A stretch of DNA of 62,734 nt, counting the filler, from Collodictyon triciliatum (lineage: Eukaryota), in the NCBI GenBank assembly GCA_043381765.1. It is 4 parts of 4 records of this genome, joined end to end, with 100 filler letters (N's around TTAATTAATTAA, not from the genome) between each part and the next. Parts side by side here need not be neighbours in the genome. Positions count along the whole stretch, not along the records: positions 43,081 to 60,721 come from JBHJMP010001115.1; 3 more parts are not named here. The stretch is one strand, 5' to 3'. Under the pieces are notes generated by a model. The model did not search any database. It was not told the DNA's origin and worked only from the letters and a program-made list of their open reading frames with translations. Within the stretch, counting starts at the first letter, position 1. Each line of letters opens with the position of its first letter. The position numbers were made by a program, and so were the translations under genes. Of the stretch, positions 43,213 to 56,400 are shown piece after piece.

Positions 43213-46200
43213 ACGAATGTTTATTGGAAGCCCAAAAATTTGGCGTATGATATCTGCCGTGGCCATGTTTGAGCCAATGTGACAATATCCGAGCAGAGAA
43301 ATGAACGTATCTCTTCCATATGAACTATTTGACATATTAAGGAGACATTTTTCGACAGGTTCCTAAAAAAAAAATAAATCAATTCAGTAAATTGAAATTA
43401 AATGTTTTGTTCATTAGACGTAATGTTAGGATTAAACACAGTTAAGACCTTGCCGATGTTTTTCACTAGAAATGGACATCCAAAAAGGAAGCATATGGAC
43501 ATGACCATACTTCTGTAATTTTGTTTTGTTGGTTATATAACAAGGTAATGAGGTTCAAGCAGTAGCTTTAATCAGAAATTAGCAGTTTTCATTGTATGTT
43601 AACATAGAAAGAGTCTTAATAAACACCCTTCGTCCACTATCGGTAGGGATATAATCTTTGCAGCAATGTCCATTTCCTATAATTTGTATCATAGATTGAA
43701 CTTTGTTTTTTTTTAAAAAAAAAAATTAAAATTTGGAATAATATATATAGCTCTTGATTAATTATACACTTGCTGTGACCCGCACACCCAAATAGAAATT
43801 AAATAGAATGTGGAAATATTTGCAAGCATATTACTTCGTTTGAAGGAATGTAAGTAGAAAATCCAAAAAGAGTACAGTATATCGTGAATATTGTTTGGAT
43901 TTTGTCTTTCCCGCTGGCATCACATAGTATCTAAAGGCACATGGAAAAATTAAGCTCTAATTGGAAAATGGAATAGTTCAGTCTGATGTTTTTCCTTTTA
44001 GACAGAATACAAAACTAATCCTGAACCTTTTTCATTACTTCAACTAGTCTGGATCGGAAGGTGTTAAGTATATGTAAGCTTTCCTGAAAATAAATCAAAT
44101 GGATTTGATTTAATCGATAGTGTTCCCCATTGAAAAGACAAAGTATATGGATTTTAAAAAAAAAAAGGAAATTTATTAAGATCTGATGTAAAAAGTCGAT
44201 TTAAAGTATACACTCGGTCTTGGAAACTTTTCCCAAAACCAGCTACAATTTATCATGGAGAATAGAAAATCTACCTAATGCACGAGAAAAAAAAACATAT
44301 TTGACAACAAATTTAAAACAAAAGTGCGATGAAAATGTGTAATTGGAAGAAAAAAAAAACGGAAATTGTAAGTCGTTGAAGGCTGATTGATGGACTATTT
44401 AGCATACGTCGTCTCCTATTACAAATGTAGCCTCCAAAATTGTATCTATGTTTGACTGTTGACGAACTAGAGTTGCTCGGACGAGAGATCCAAAAAGTGG
44501 GTCTACAGCTATGGCTCCGCGTATAAGTTCCCTTTTGTAAAAGGTAGAAGTTTTGGTGAAATAATTATTTGGTTTTCTTCCACGATTGATGTGCATTTTA
44601 CAAGAACATAAAGGAAAATAAACTCATAATCGACATACAATAATCGTTCAAGAAAGTAATCAACTGTCCAGATTAAAAATATGTCAGAGAATCGTACCCG
44701 GTATAATGTTCTCCATCACTTATTGGATCTAGTGATGCTAATATTGACGAAATCTGGATAAAGTGACACATTTCAGTGGAGAAGAAAAATGTGGCTATGG
44801 CTTCAAAATTGTAAAGGAACTCTGAAGACAAAGATTTTTTTTTCGATTTAATGCTTCATATAAAGAAATACCTTGAGCATTCTTTTGGGACAGTTCCTAA
44901 TCAAACTTTGCAAAAGGTGTGAACCAATTGGAGAGAACCGAAGAATGTGAATCATGACCTAAAATCCATAAATCATGACTCAATGATGGTACCGCCCTTA
45001 ATAATAGCGCTATTTCCGAATAAAGGGAGGGAAAACAACGGCGCTATTAAATCTTGTCTATTTTTTTAAAAAAAAAAAACCTTCAAATCGCCGATAGACT
45101 TATGATCTGCAATAATTGGGAGCATGTTATAAAGAATCTGCGGGTGAATATAGTTTAGGTATGGCACCAAAGGAACAAAATAGGGTGGATAGAATATTGG
45201 CCGAATTAGGTATACAATATCCATGACAAACATCTGAGTAAAGTATATTTGACAAAAACTCGGAATCGGGCGTTGACTTTGCGTTAGTTTTCATCTCAGA
45301 GATGAGCCTATCAAACTCGATATGTATAGCTCTGTAGTAACAATTTTTGCGCCACGGATATAGATTCATATTGAGAATGAGTGTTTACAGAGAAATGATT
45401 ACAAATATGCTTTTGGATTGCAAGACTCGAATACTGGCAATTATATTTAGTGCAAAGGAAAAATGTGACAAGACTTTATTCTTTTAAAAAAATTTATTTA
45501 AATATTGCAGCAGAATATGGAAGTCACAAAAAAACCTGTATTGCTCTTTGTGTTTCATCAACTCAAATGGCTCATCCTCCTATTGAGTACATGTAATGAG
45601 CTCAAGAGAAAAAAAAGTAATACTTTGTTGTTCTGTGAGATATCCAGGTAGTGCGCATGTCGATGAAGGGGATATAATATCGAAAATTGAAGTTGACTGT
45701 AGAAACCATAGTTTCCGAGTGGATGTAATCGGTAGATGCACTATAATATTCCATGATAGCGTTCACCTGTTTCGGTATTTCAAAAAAAAAAAAAACATGT
45801 TCATAGCCTTCTTTTGAGGCAAGTTTTATGCTCGCTGAATTGAGGCAATATAATCAAGGAAATTAAATGCATAAATATTGCAATTATGTTGGAAAAAAAT
45901 ACGCTCTTGTATTCATATAGGGCATCGAGCAAAGGGTTTGACGAAGGGTCACGCGAGCCACGCTTCACCAACCATGGAAGAAATAGGTGCAGGTCTTTTC
46001 TATGTACCTGCCATTCAGCAAGATGGAATAGAAAGGCGAAAATATTTATAAAGAAAAATACTCTTTTGAAGGCGATCCTTTCGTTATTTCTTTGAATTAT
46101 TATTTATTTATTATTTTTATTATTTTTATTATTTTTATTATTTTTATTATTTTTATTATTTTTATTATTTTTATTATTTTTATTATTTTTATTATTTTTA

Positions 46201-46492
46201 TTATTTTTATTATTTTTATTATTTTTATTATTTTTATTATTTTTATTATTTTTTATTATTTTTTATTATTTTTATTATTTTTATTATTTTTATTATTTTT
46301 ATTATTTTTATTATTTTTATTCTTTTTATTCTTTTTATTCTTTTTATTCTTTTTATTCTTTTTATTCTTTTTATTATTTTTATTATTTTTATTATTTTTA
46401 TTATTTTTATTATTTTTTTGCGGTGGTAGGTAAATACAAACCAAGTCTCCCCACTCGCCCGAGATCACCACCGAAAAAGTCGACTTTGCCAT
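43213..46492 (-). CDS. INTS2: Integrator complex subunit 2-like, multi-exon, 3' end lost at the 43080 gap
   Basis: MAKSTFSVVISGEWGDL|VHRKDLHLFLPWLVKRG..LLDALYEYKS|VNAIMEYYS..; ILRFSPIGSHLLQSLIRNCP; VDPLFGSLVRATLV; SSYGRDTFISLLGYCH..IIRQIFGLPINI. These parallel INTS2 motifs recalled as LRLLLPCLVR, AVNSIVALLS, GAWFLCLLVANVP, MNPSQALKVRGMVV and YFHSNQ..LVCSTLG. Confidence 0.65.
46108..46419. repeat. (TTATTTTTA)n / (TTCTTTTTA)n 9-mer array, intronic
   Basis: Direct reading. Confidence 0.93.
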
Positions 46493-47478
46493 GGCCTCTG
46501 CCTTCGCTTTGTAGCAGCGGCGAGGGATTTGACTTCCTATGTGGCGGACAATAAATATTTCTTCAGCTTCTTTTTCATTTAGTTTACTTTTATTGTTTTT
46601 TCTCGGTAACCAAAACAAAAAAAAATGAAAATGAAAATAAAAATAAAATAAAATTAAAAAAATTAAAAAAAAATATGAGGAGCAAATAGCGCAAGACGAG
46701 GCAAGGTAGCTTAAACATTACTGTGCATCCATATTAGTTACTACAACACATTTATTCATATACTACGAATTATTATATATTTATGTACATGTATTATTGG
46801 ATGAAATGCCATTCAATTCAAATACATTTTTATATTCCACAAATGTAACAAGAGACAAACTTGGAAATATTTTAAATCAGTGATGGGAATCATCCAGTTC
46901 CTTGAAACACCAAAAGCGTCCAAGCAACAGCAATGATACGGTACTTTTATCCCAATGTAGAATCCCCTACGCGATGCACACCAAAGATGATTCCTTATAA
47001 AATCCAGAACAAATCCATATATAGAACATATATTTTCCCTATTCTGGAGAACTCGCTACAAAATATTTTCTTCACAATTTCTCACCTGCGTCTGGAAATC
47101 CAAAACGGAAAAAGATTGCATCCATCGATGCGCACATTTATACAAATTTAGGCAGTCGTTTTTTTCCGGGCTATAATCAAGCTTTTGATTGATTGATTGT
47201 TTTTTTTTTTTGTTGATCAAGCCGGGCTCGTTGGATAGGAATCACAGCATCTCCAGCGATGTTCGAGCGACCATTCGCATCCTTGCACAGACCATTGCCC
47301 GCCCCACCGCAGAAGCCAACGCCGAGACCTTTCTTCTCTGCAGGACCACGAACACAAACCCACACAAAGCGGGCAGCTCTCGCTTTGCAGCAGACAGAGA
47401 GACAAACATAGACGATAGCACAAGGAAGAGAGTCCGCCCTCGCCAAGGAATCGCCGAAGAAGAAGAGTCGCGCAAAGA

Positions 47479-50400
47479 ATGCCGGCCAGCACAGCGAGTC
47501 AGGCTCTGAGTTCGGGGACGGGCTTCCGTGACCCGCTGCTTGATCTGAACCGGGAGGAGGAGCTTGTGACGCGGTCGTTGACTCAGAAGGTTGAAAACAC
47601 TGGCTTCTACTTCTTCTACCTGCTTTCGAAGAATGCAAAGCCCCGAATCCGCTGGGTTTATATCATCCTTTGGGTCGAGTTCTTTCGTACGTGCTTTATT
47701 GTTCTCACCATGCGTCTCTCCGTGTTTTGCTCTGCCGCACCTACCTTTTTTTTTAAAATTTTTTATTTCATATCATATCACTGCCATATTAATTTACTTT
47801 CCTGCTCGTCTATTTACTCTCTTCTGTCTCTGAAAACTGCGGTTATTTCCTGATTCTGTTTAGAGCTGCTCGGTTTCGTCTTTGCTCCGTACGGGACGTG
47901 GGATTCGATGATCCGGCCACTGCAGGGCTTCCTGACCATCTTTGCCGCTTCTCCGGAGGCGCAGACTTTCATGGCTTATATGTTTTACTTGTGGGCCTCC
48001 GTTGCGTTCAGCGCATGTCTGTTCCTTCGTTGACTAAATTCATCGTATTTCTACACAATATACACCCCATTTTCTTTTATTTTCAGTAGTTCATGTTAGT
48101 AATCACCTTCAATTGTTTTTTTTTTTTTTGTTTTTTTGCACAGTGTCTTTGTGTCTGATCATCGCGGCGTTGATAAAGATATGGCGAACGGAGAACGCTG
48201 CCATCGGATCATGGCTGACAAGGTCACCTTCATCCCTTTTCTCATGCAAACTCGTTTTCACCATTATGTGATTTAATGATTTCACATGAAAGCCAAATCA
48301 TCCATTTTGAATGATATTTTTTGAGTCTGTTGTGATATTGGGTGATAAATCAACGGGCTGTAGGATTTTGCTGATCGCAGTGAACGGTCTTGTGCATATG
48401 CTGTACCTTCCCTTTCTTTACATACACGCATCATTGTATGCATGCGATGGTATTACTTTCTATATGAGCATTTTATTATAAACTGATCAAATATTGAAAT
48501 AAACACCCGTTTTTCTCAAGCATTGGATTTTCGTATCTCCGTCTAGACTCACGTAATATCCTATTCCGTGCCTGTAGGAAAGGGATCCAAGTCTGATATA
48601 CTGCATTTTATCAAGGATGAGGAAGTCGAATGCTGGAGCACACAACATATTATCTATGTCCTCATTTCTGCCCCGTTCACGCTTGCCTTTATCGGAATCG
48701 TCCTAACATTCAGTCTTTTTTATTTTGATTCAAACCCTGAGTCCAAACACCTCCTCTCACGCACGCATTCTCGGGTAAGATTCTTCCATTTAACACCCAT
48801 ATATATTGATTATTTATTTTTTTTTTTTTACATGTGCAGTTATCCTTTATATGATTTTTATCGGACCTTAACTCTCAACTCAACTCAACTCAACTCAACT
48901 CAACTCAACTCAACTCAACTCAACTCAACTCAACTCAACTCAACTCAACTCATGTCATTTTATCGCCTGGCCATTCACTCGTCACGCCATTATAGGTCGA
49001 TGCCATATCTGCTGTCCTCAAAATCGGGGTTGTTGTGTGCTCTGTAAACTTCACCAGTTCTAAATGGATATCCATAATTGGATTGGGGGCTTGGTCTTTC
49101 TCTCGCTTCGCACTGACACTTATATTCCAGCCATATTATAAGAAGTCGATCAACGCTTTGGTTTGTACCTCAACATCATTTTTAACATATTTCTCCCATT
49201 CTATAACTGGATCATTCTTTTCCATCGATTCGAAACAAATATCCTTTCATTTCAAGATGCCCACAATTGCCAATGTTATACTATATTGGTATAACAAGAT
49301 CGAATAAAAATTAAAAATTAAATAAATGTTCATCTACCTTCGCGCATTGATGTACTAATATTTGAATTCAGATTTGTTCCATGTCTTTGGGAATCTTATT
49401 CGCAACTGCATGTCTTTGTTTGCAACTTATTCTCCCATCCTCCTCTCTCCAACTACCTGCAATAATCTTCTACTCGGGCATCATTCCATTCATGTATTTT
49501 GGAGGAGCCAGCGTCGGTAATGATGAAATTCAATAGTATTCAGTATAACAAAACCTTGCATTCATAAAATGTATCTTCTGATATCTTGACCCTTCAAAAT
49601 CATCTATCAATAGAGTCACGATCGAGTGAGCTCAGAAAGATGTACAGTGTTGCTGAGGAAGAGCAGCCGAGACGGAATTCTAACTCGTCTGCCGAACAGG
49701 AGCAGGAGCAGGTTTTTTTTTTTTTAACAATCAGAAACCTTATTAATTTCAGTAAATTTTTTAATTCCAAATACCGAAATGGAATGTGTTAGTTTGTTGG
49801 GCTTTATTTAATCTCGTTTATTTTACTTCACTTTACTTATACTTTTACTTTACTTATACTTATACTTTTACTTTTACTTTTACTTTTACTTTTACTTTTA
49901 CTTTTACTTTTACTTTTACTTTTACTTTTACTTTTACTTTTACTTATACTTATACTTATACTTATACTTATACCTTTAATTTTAATTTTCCTCTTACTTT
50001 TACTTTTCTTCAGCCTCCTTTATGTACCTTTGTTATAATAAAGTTAAATTATTGACAACACTTGCATCCATTCTGAATATAGAATTCGAATACTCCACTT
50101 CGTGGTGTTGCTGCCATCAAGAATAAGCTTCAATTTATCAATCCTGTGAAGCTTCTATGCATCATGAAGCTCCCAACGGATGTTTTCATAGTTGCAAGAG
50201 ACATTTTCTTCGATGATATGAAAAAGAATCGCACAAAGCAGCCATCAAGGTGAGTGCCTCTCATTGCCAAATCATTCATACATCCTTTTATCTCCCTTGC
50301 ATAATTTTAAGCCTTACTTGAATTTCTATCTTTACTCTAATGTTTAAATGTTAACTTTAATTTCAGAGACACCGTGGACAAAGTGGACGCTTTGTTTGCA

Positions 50401-53400
50401 GATTCTTTTGAAGCGTTCCCTGAGAGCAGCCTGCTTATTGTTTCGTACATGAATTGCATTTTTTTTCACGCTAGGTATGTATACTTTAATTTCACACCGA
50501 TGATGTACCTGTGTTTCTTCTATTGAACAATTTACAAAAATATTAATATGAAACATACGCCACAGCCTACTTGACAAGTTCAGAATTCATGCAGACAAAC
50601 TCAACCAGCTGCAACCCTTTTTGGATTTGAGATACATAGTCTATCGCAAAGGACGGGTAAGATGAATAGAGTTTAGCACAATCATTCAATTCAAAATATT
50701 CTCAATTATCGAGATGGAAGAAATGACGAAACAAACGTCCCAGAACTCTCAATTTTTCTCCCATCTACAATAGGAATTAGAAGACCAGCGCCAATCAACC
50801 AATGCAGGTTCCACATCCATGGATTTAGCTAGCTATATCGAGTTCCAAACAAACTATAAAGCAGCCCGCAAGTGAGACTTAGATGTCCAAAAAAAAAACA
50901 TTAACTATGAATACACTTCCATATACAAATTATGTAAATACCTTGAGCAAGCAATTAGCATGTTCCCACATATTGACGCCTTATATTTTGATTCATTATG
51001 GATATCTTAGGCACCACGCAGAAGCCCTTAAGGCCATTCGTCGATTCTGGAGCTTACTTCTCGTTGAAGACGACAAGGTTGAGAGCTATAAAATGACAAT
51101 TTTTAAATTTCTGTTGATTACAGGATTCTATCATCTCGATAACTTGTCGTATTTATTATATCACCAAAGTAGAATAGCTTTGTATTCAACCGAATTATAA
51201 TAAATATACCATCTTCATGAATCCAACAGTTTGATTTGGATCAGCTTCCTCAAGCAGCCAAGAATATCACAGCAGCAACATCAGCAGGTATGCCTTTGTC
51301 GATTTGCGTACGCTTTCTGAATCCATGAGGCATGAATTTCTAGGCACTCTTACATTTCCATTCATATTGTATAATCCTTAATAAACCGTCATCTGGAACT
51401 AACGCCATTAAAAAATAGCGCAATATCACTATGAAAGCTTGATTCGAAGACATCCTGATGCTCCCCGTCTATTTCGCTCTTATGCTGAGTTTCTTCTTGG
51501 GTAAGGAGATGCTCGAGTGCTCACCCCTTGATGCAGAATTAAGCACTTTTTCAACATTTGTTATTTAGAAGGGCACATAAAATGAGCCATTAGCATCACA
51601 TAACATATGGGATCGAAACCGAATGCGATCATGCTTCGTACTTGTATTGAGTAGAGTCACTCATAGAACGTCGCATGATTCACGAAAGGCGAATGCATTC
51701 CTGAAAAAAGCTGACGAACTTGAAGACCAACAAGCTCGCCGAAGGGCAGAAGGTCGAATCTTGTATTTATGCCCAAATTCATATCCTCTGAGGATATCCC
51801 CATCCAAATTTTCCAAATGTCATATTATTACGCATAAAAGTGGCATACATTGCAGTCCCCATCCCTATGAAGCATAAATTCTATTTTTTAATTCTATATT
51901 TTTTCTTTGAATCGAATAAAGGGAAAAAATCCTATATCTTTATTTTATCTATTTTTATTTTTATGTTTATTTTTATGTTTATTTTTATGTTTATTTTTAT
52001 GTTTATTTTTATGTTTATTTTTATGTTTATTTTGTATACATCTAGTATTATGTCGTAATTCCTTATCTTCAAATTGAAATGATAGAAAATAAGCGTCCGA
52101 CTGATTTGCAGACCGTTGGAGCGAATATTGACATGGATGACAAAACTAAATCCATCATAACGATTGATGGGAAAGGAATTATGCAGAGCATGAACCACAC
52201 AGCAACGTAACGATCATAATATTTATTCCCTTTTCAATTTTTCAAAAGCTTCGTTACTAGTCTAAATTGAATCAAACATGGTTCGGAATGTTGAAATAAG
52301 GTATATGTTCTTTCAATATTTGAAATTTTACCACAACTCCTCGCAAAAATCTATACAACAGAAAAATGCTGCAATACTCTCGCGCTGAGCTTACTGGAAA
52401 TAACGTGAAAATGATCATGCCAAGTCCATACACTGAAAATCATGATAGCTACCTAGCCAATTACCACAGAACGGGAATCAAAAAAGTAGAATTATCATAT
52501 AAAACATGGCCTTTTAATTGACAACTGAAGAGTCATCCATCCACTTCAAAAGTCGAGGGATTATTGAACGATTGAATTCCTTGCCACTAATCATTTTCTA
52601 TTTTACCCTTGCATTAACCGTATTTTTTTTCTTTTTGCAAGGTCCTTGGCTCCATCAGAACACTCGATGCAAAGAAGAAAAACGGAGAGCTGATTCCAAT
52701 TCGACTAGCAGTCCACCAGACGGACGTTAATGGTCAGGTAAGAACCAAAGCAACGCCCTGTCGGAACCTTTTTTTTTTTTTTTTTAATTAAGCAATGGCA
52801 GTCAATTAAATTGTTGCCTTCGTCAAAATTGCAGGTGTTCTTCGTTGGCATGATTGAGAAGCAAGAAGATAACTCGTGTCTACTATCAGTCAATGCGGAC
52901 GGGAGTATATTATCATGTAATCAGGTCAGAAAGAAAGAGTACATTCGCCAGCAGTCGTATCTCGAGAGTTTTCCAGCCTTGTCCACTCCCTTACAGTTGA
53001 TTCGAGGAATTTATTGGGTTGATTTCGTATTTAAAATATACATATATATATTCAGATTTTTGTCAAAAAGTTCGGTCGAGATGCCCGAGAAATGGTCGGA
53101 AGGAATTTTGGGTAATATAATCTTGATCAAATTTCTAGCACCCTTTCCATATATATTTTTATAGCTGAGAATAATGTACACTAATTTACTCCTCTTTTTT
53201 AAGTGAATTCTTTTCCACACAACCATCGGATGGTGACCTTCAGCCAGTCAGAAACTTTGAAGATGTGTATGGAAAAAGCGAAAACACAAAGCTTGTAAAT
53301 CCTTTTACTTTAGATGTTAAATATATTTTCGTTGAAATGTATCATTTTATCGTGCAACGTTAAGTTATACACTGCTATTACATCTTTACTCTTCGACCCC

Positions 53401-56400
53401 AACTATGTGGTAATTCATAGCATGCAAGGCATGGTGATGGGAAATGGATTCAAGTCATCATAGCTCCCAAGAAACAGACAAAAGACGGTACCTGACTACC
53501 ATATCGATCCGCATTCGTGACCCTTTTACCGAATATGAATAGAAGCACAGCCACGAAGGTATTCTTACGCAAGCTCTAATCTTTCGGCAATACTCTAGGC
53601 AATGCGCATTTTCGCTGCACCTTTGAATTTATGGATGATATTGAGGTCCCTTTGTATTTACATTCCCGAAACATAATCTATTAATTATAGATCAGTTTAT
53701 ATATTTCTCTTTCATTAGTTGTGTGATTGAGGGGTAACACAATTTATATAGACCAGCTGAACCAAAGTCAAAGCCTTGTCTATCATCTCCTATATTTTTT
53801 TTATAACTCTATCGCACCATAGATTATGATTACAATTGACCCATACGGAACTATCCGCTCCTGTAATCACTTTGTGAAGCACATCTTCGGTTATAGTAGA
53901 GAGGAGCTTATTGACCAGAAAATTAATCTCCTTATGCCCCCACCATACTCATATTTTCACGATACATATCTAAGGTTAGAGTGAGCACTGACCCAAGCTT
54001 TTGAAATGTCTTAATAATCTTTTTTTTTTTTGAATATACAAGTACTGATTAGAAGTACAGAAATATGTAGCCCTTTTCTCTGCTCACGTACTCTTGATTT
54101 ATCATCATAGCACATACGGTCACACGGGGGTAAAGAACGTGATTGATAGAAGCCGAACTGTAGAGGGACAACACAAGGATGGGAGCCGATTCAAAGTGCA
54201 TCTCCTTGTTTCTGAAGGAGAAGGTTTTTTACCAAGATTTTTATCCAGAAGTTTACTTGATAGTATCCAAAGTTATTATAAAGCACATATTTGACTAATT
54301 ATTACAAACGTTGCGATCCTATTTAATCAACAACATTCCTCAGTGAATTCATCAAAGATGTTTTCTGCTCGCATTTCATTCGCCAAAAAGACTGATATAC
54401 CATCGTGCCGATTTACGATTACGCAAAGTGGTGTCGTTCAGAGCCACAGTGAAAGGTCTCAAATGATTTCATTATCCTTTTTTAAAAAAACATATTTGCT
54501 ATCGAAGGTCCATTACGTTATACAGTTCTTTCTCACCAATTTAAACAAACCAATTCAGCGCCGTTCAAATGGCAGGAGGGAACCAGACCCTGGTGGGGAT
54601 GATGGCCTCGAAAATATTCCAATTCGCTTCTATCTCGTGAGTTTTTTCTTCCTTTTTCTTTATGCTTATTTTATACATACAATATTCGACCTGCCGAAAC
54701 ACCAGAATTGCCGTATACTATTGGAGACTATTTCGCTATTTTCAGTATTCTTTCCCCTGGATTTATTTTCCTGTCAATGACAGGTTCGAGAAAGAGTCTT
54801 TCATGGAGATAATGAGCCAACAAGCTGGGAAAGGGCCACTTTCGGCTATTTTACTTCATAGAAATGCTGATGGCGTTATGGATCATGTGGATTCTTCTGT
54901 TGAAATCGCCCTCCAAGAGCTTAGTGGAGACACCTTCTACATAGTTCGGTACGATTCATGTGTCCTCTTTCATAATTAATGGACATTTGAGCCACTGTTA
55001 CTAATAGTAGCGATTTTATACACATAACTGAAAATTATTGTGGGTTCTGTAAGCACTTTTGCTTGGTTATGTTCGTTGTATATCATTTATTATACCTCCT
55101 TTTTAATTTTTTTCCCCATGTACCAGTCTATTTACTGTTGACGGGTCTGATGTTCTATTCAATTTGGACTCTGAAGGACATGTTTCGAGTATGAATGACG
55201 TATCTGTGCATTTATTTGGTCACTACCCAAACACTTTTATTGGGAAAGTAAGACTGACTCGTACTTTGTCTCTATGATACTCAGTTCTGCGCTCTACAGA
55301 AAATATAAATGATGGACATAATCAGATGATAGTGAAACTTTGATATACTTATGTTAAAATACATGCACATCGACTGATATTTATCCATGATATGCTATTA
55401 AAGCCGTTGTTCGAGTATTTTCGAATCAAGGATACTGCAAAAATCAATGGTATATCTTTTACTCTGATGCTTGCTGATTAGAGGGCATTCGATGCTTCAT
55501 ATTTCTAAGATTATCCTTCTTTATCATACCTTCAGCTTCGCTTGTTGAAGCTCCTGAGCTGGCCGATGAATTAGGGCAATCACAAAGGCAACCGTCAGAA
55601 AATGGTCTTAAACCAATTGAGCTTGCTACTGCATTGCACATTCGGTCTGTTTTTTCTCTCAAAGTTCTTTAACTATTGTCCTTATTATTAACATTTCTTT
55701 TTTCTTAAAAAAAGAAAAGAAAAAACAGACAGTTTTGTTGTATTTTTGCATAGAATGTATGTATGAATCTGAAGAAATCATTACCATATTACTAATTTTT
55801 TTGTTCAGGACAAATATGGTTGCTCTCCATCGCGATGGAAACCACATCCCGATCTATGTTGAAACAAGCGCCACTAAAACAGGATACGGATGCAGGTATA
55901 TACCTGTAAAAGAAGCAACATCCCTAAATTAATTGCCCTATGTTCTGGTCACAGATTATACCCAAGCCATTCCCGTTTCAGAATCATTCAGCACCTTACA
56001 TCTTCCTCAACCGTGCTATCATAATACTTTCAACTCGCGTTGACTATCCTCTCATCCGCCATCAGAATCGCCCGCAAGCGAATGGTTATCCAACACATCA
56101 GCCTTTCAAGCCAATCATCATCAAAGTTTGAGTTGAAGATCGAAAACCAAGCGTTTGTTGAAAGTGACAGCGTCAATGGCGACAAAAGTGGAAGCAACGC
56201 AAACGAAGAGGAAAGACTATTACCGTCTCCAAAAGAGCGCATCAAATCACCGGGTGCAGGGTCGTTTGGAGACGAACCCTCTCCGGGGCCGTCCAAGAAG
56301 CGTGTGCAAATTGGTCAACCAGCGCCTGACGAAAGTGATGAGCAGGACAATTCAGAGGATGCCGGGTATGGTTTGACATAAAGAATTTTCGTGAGCGTCT

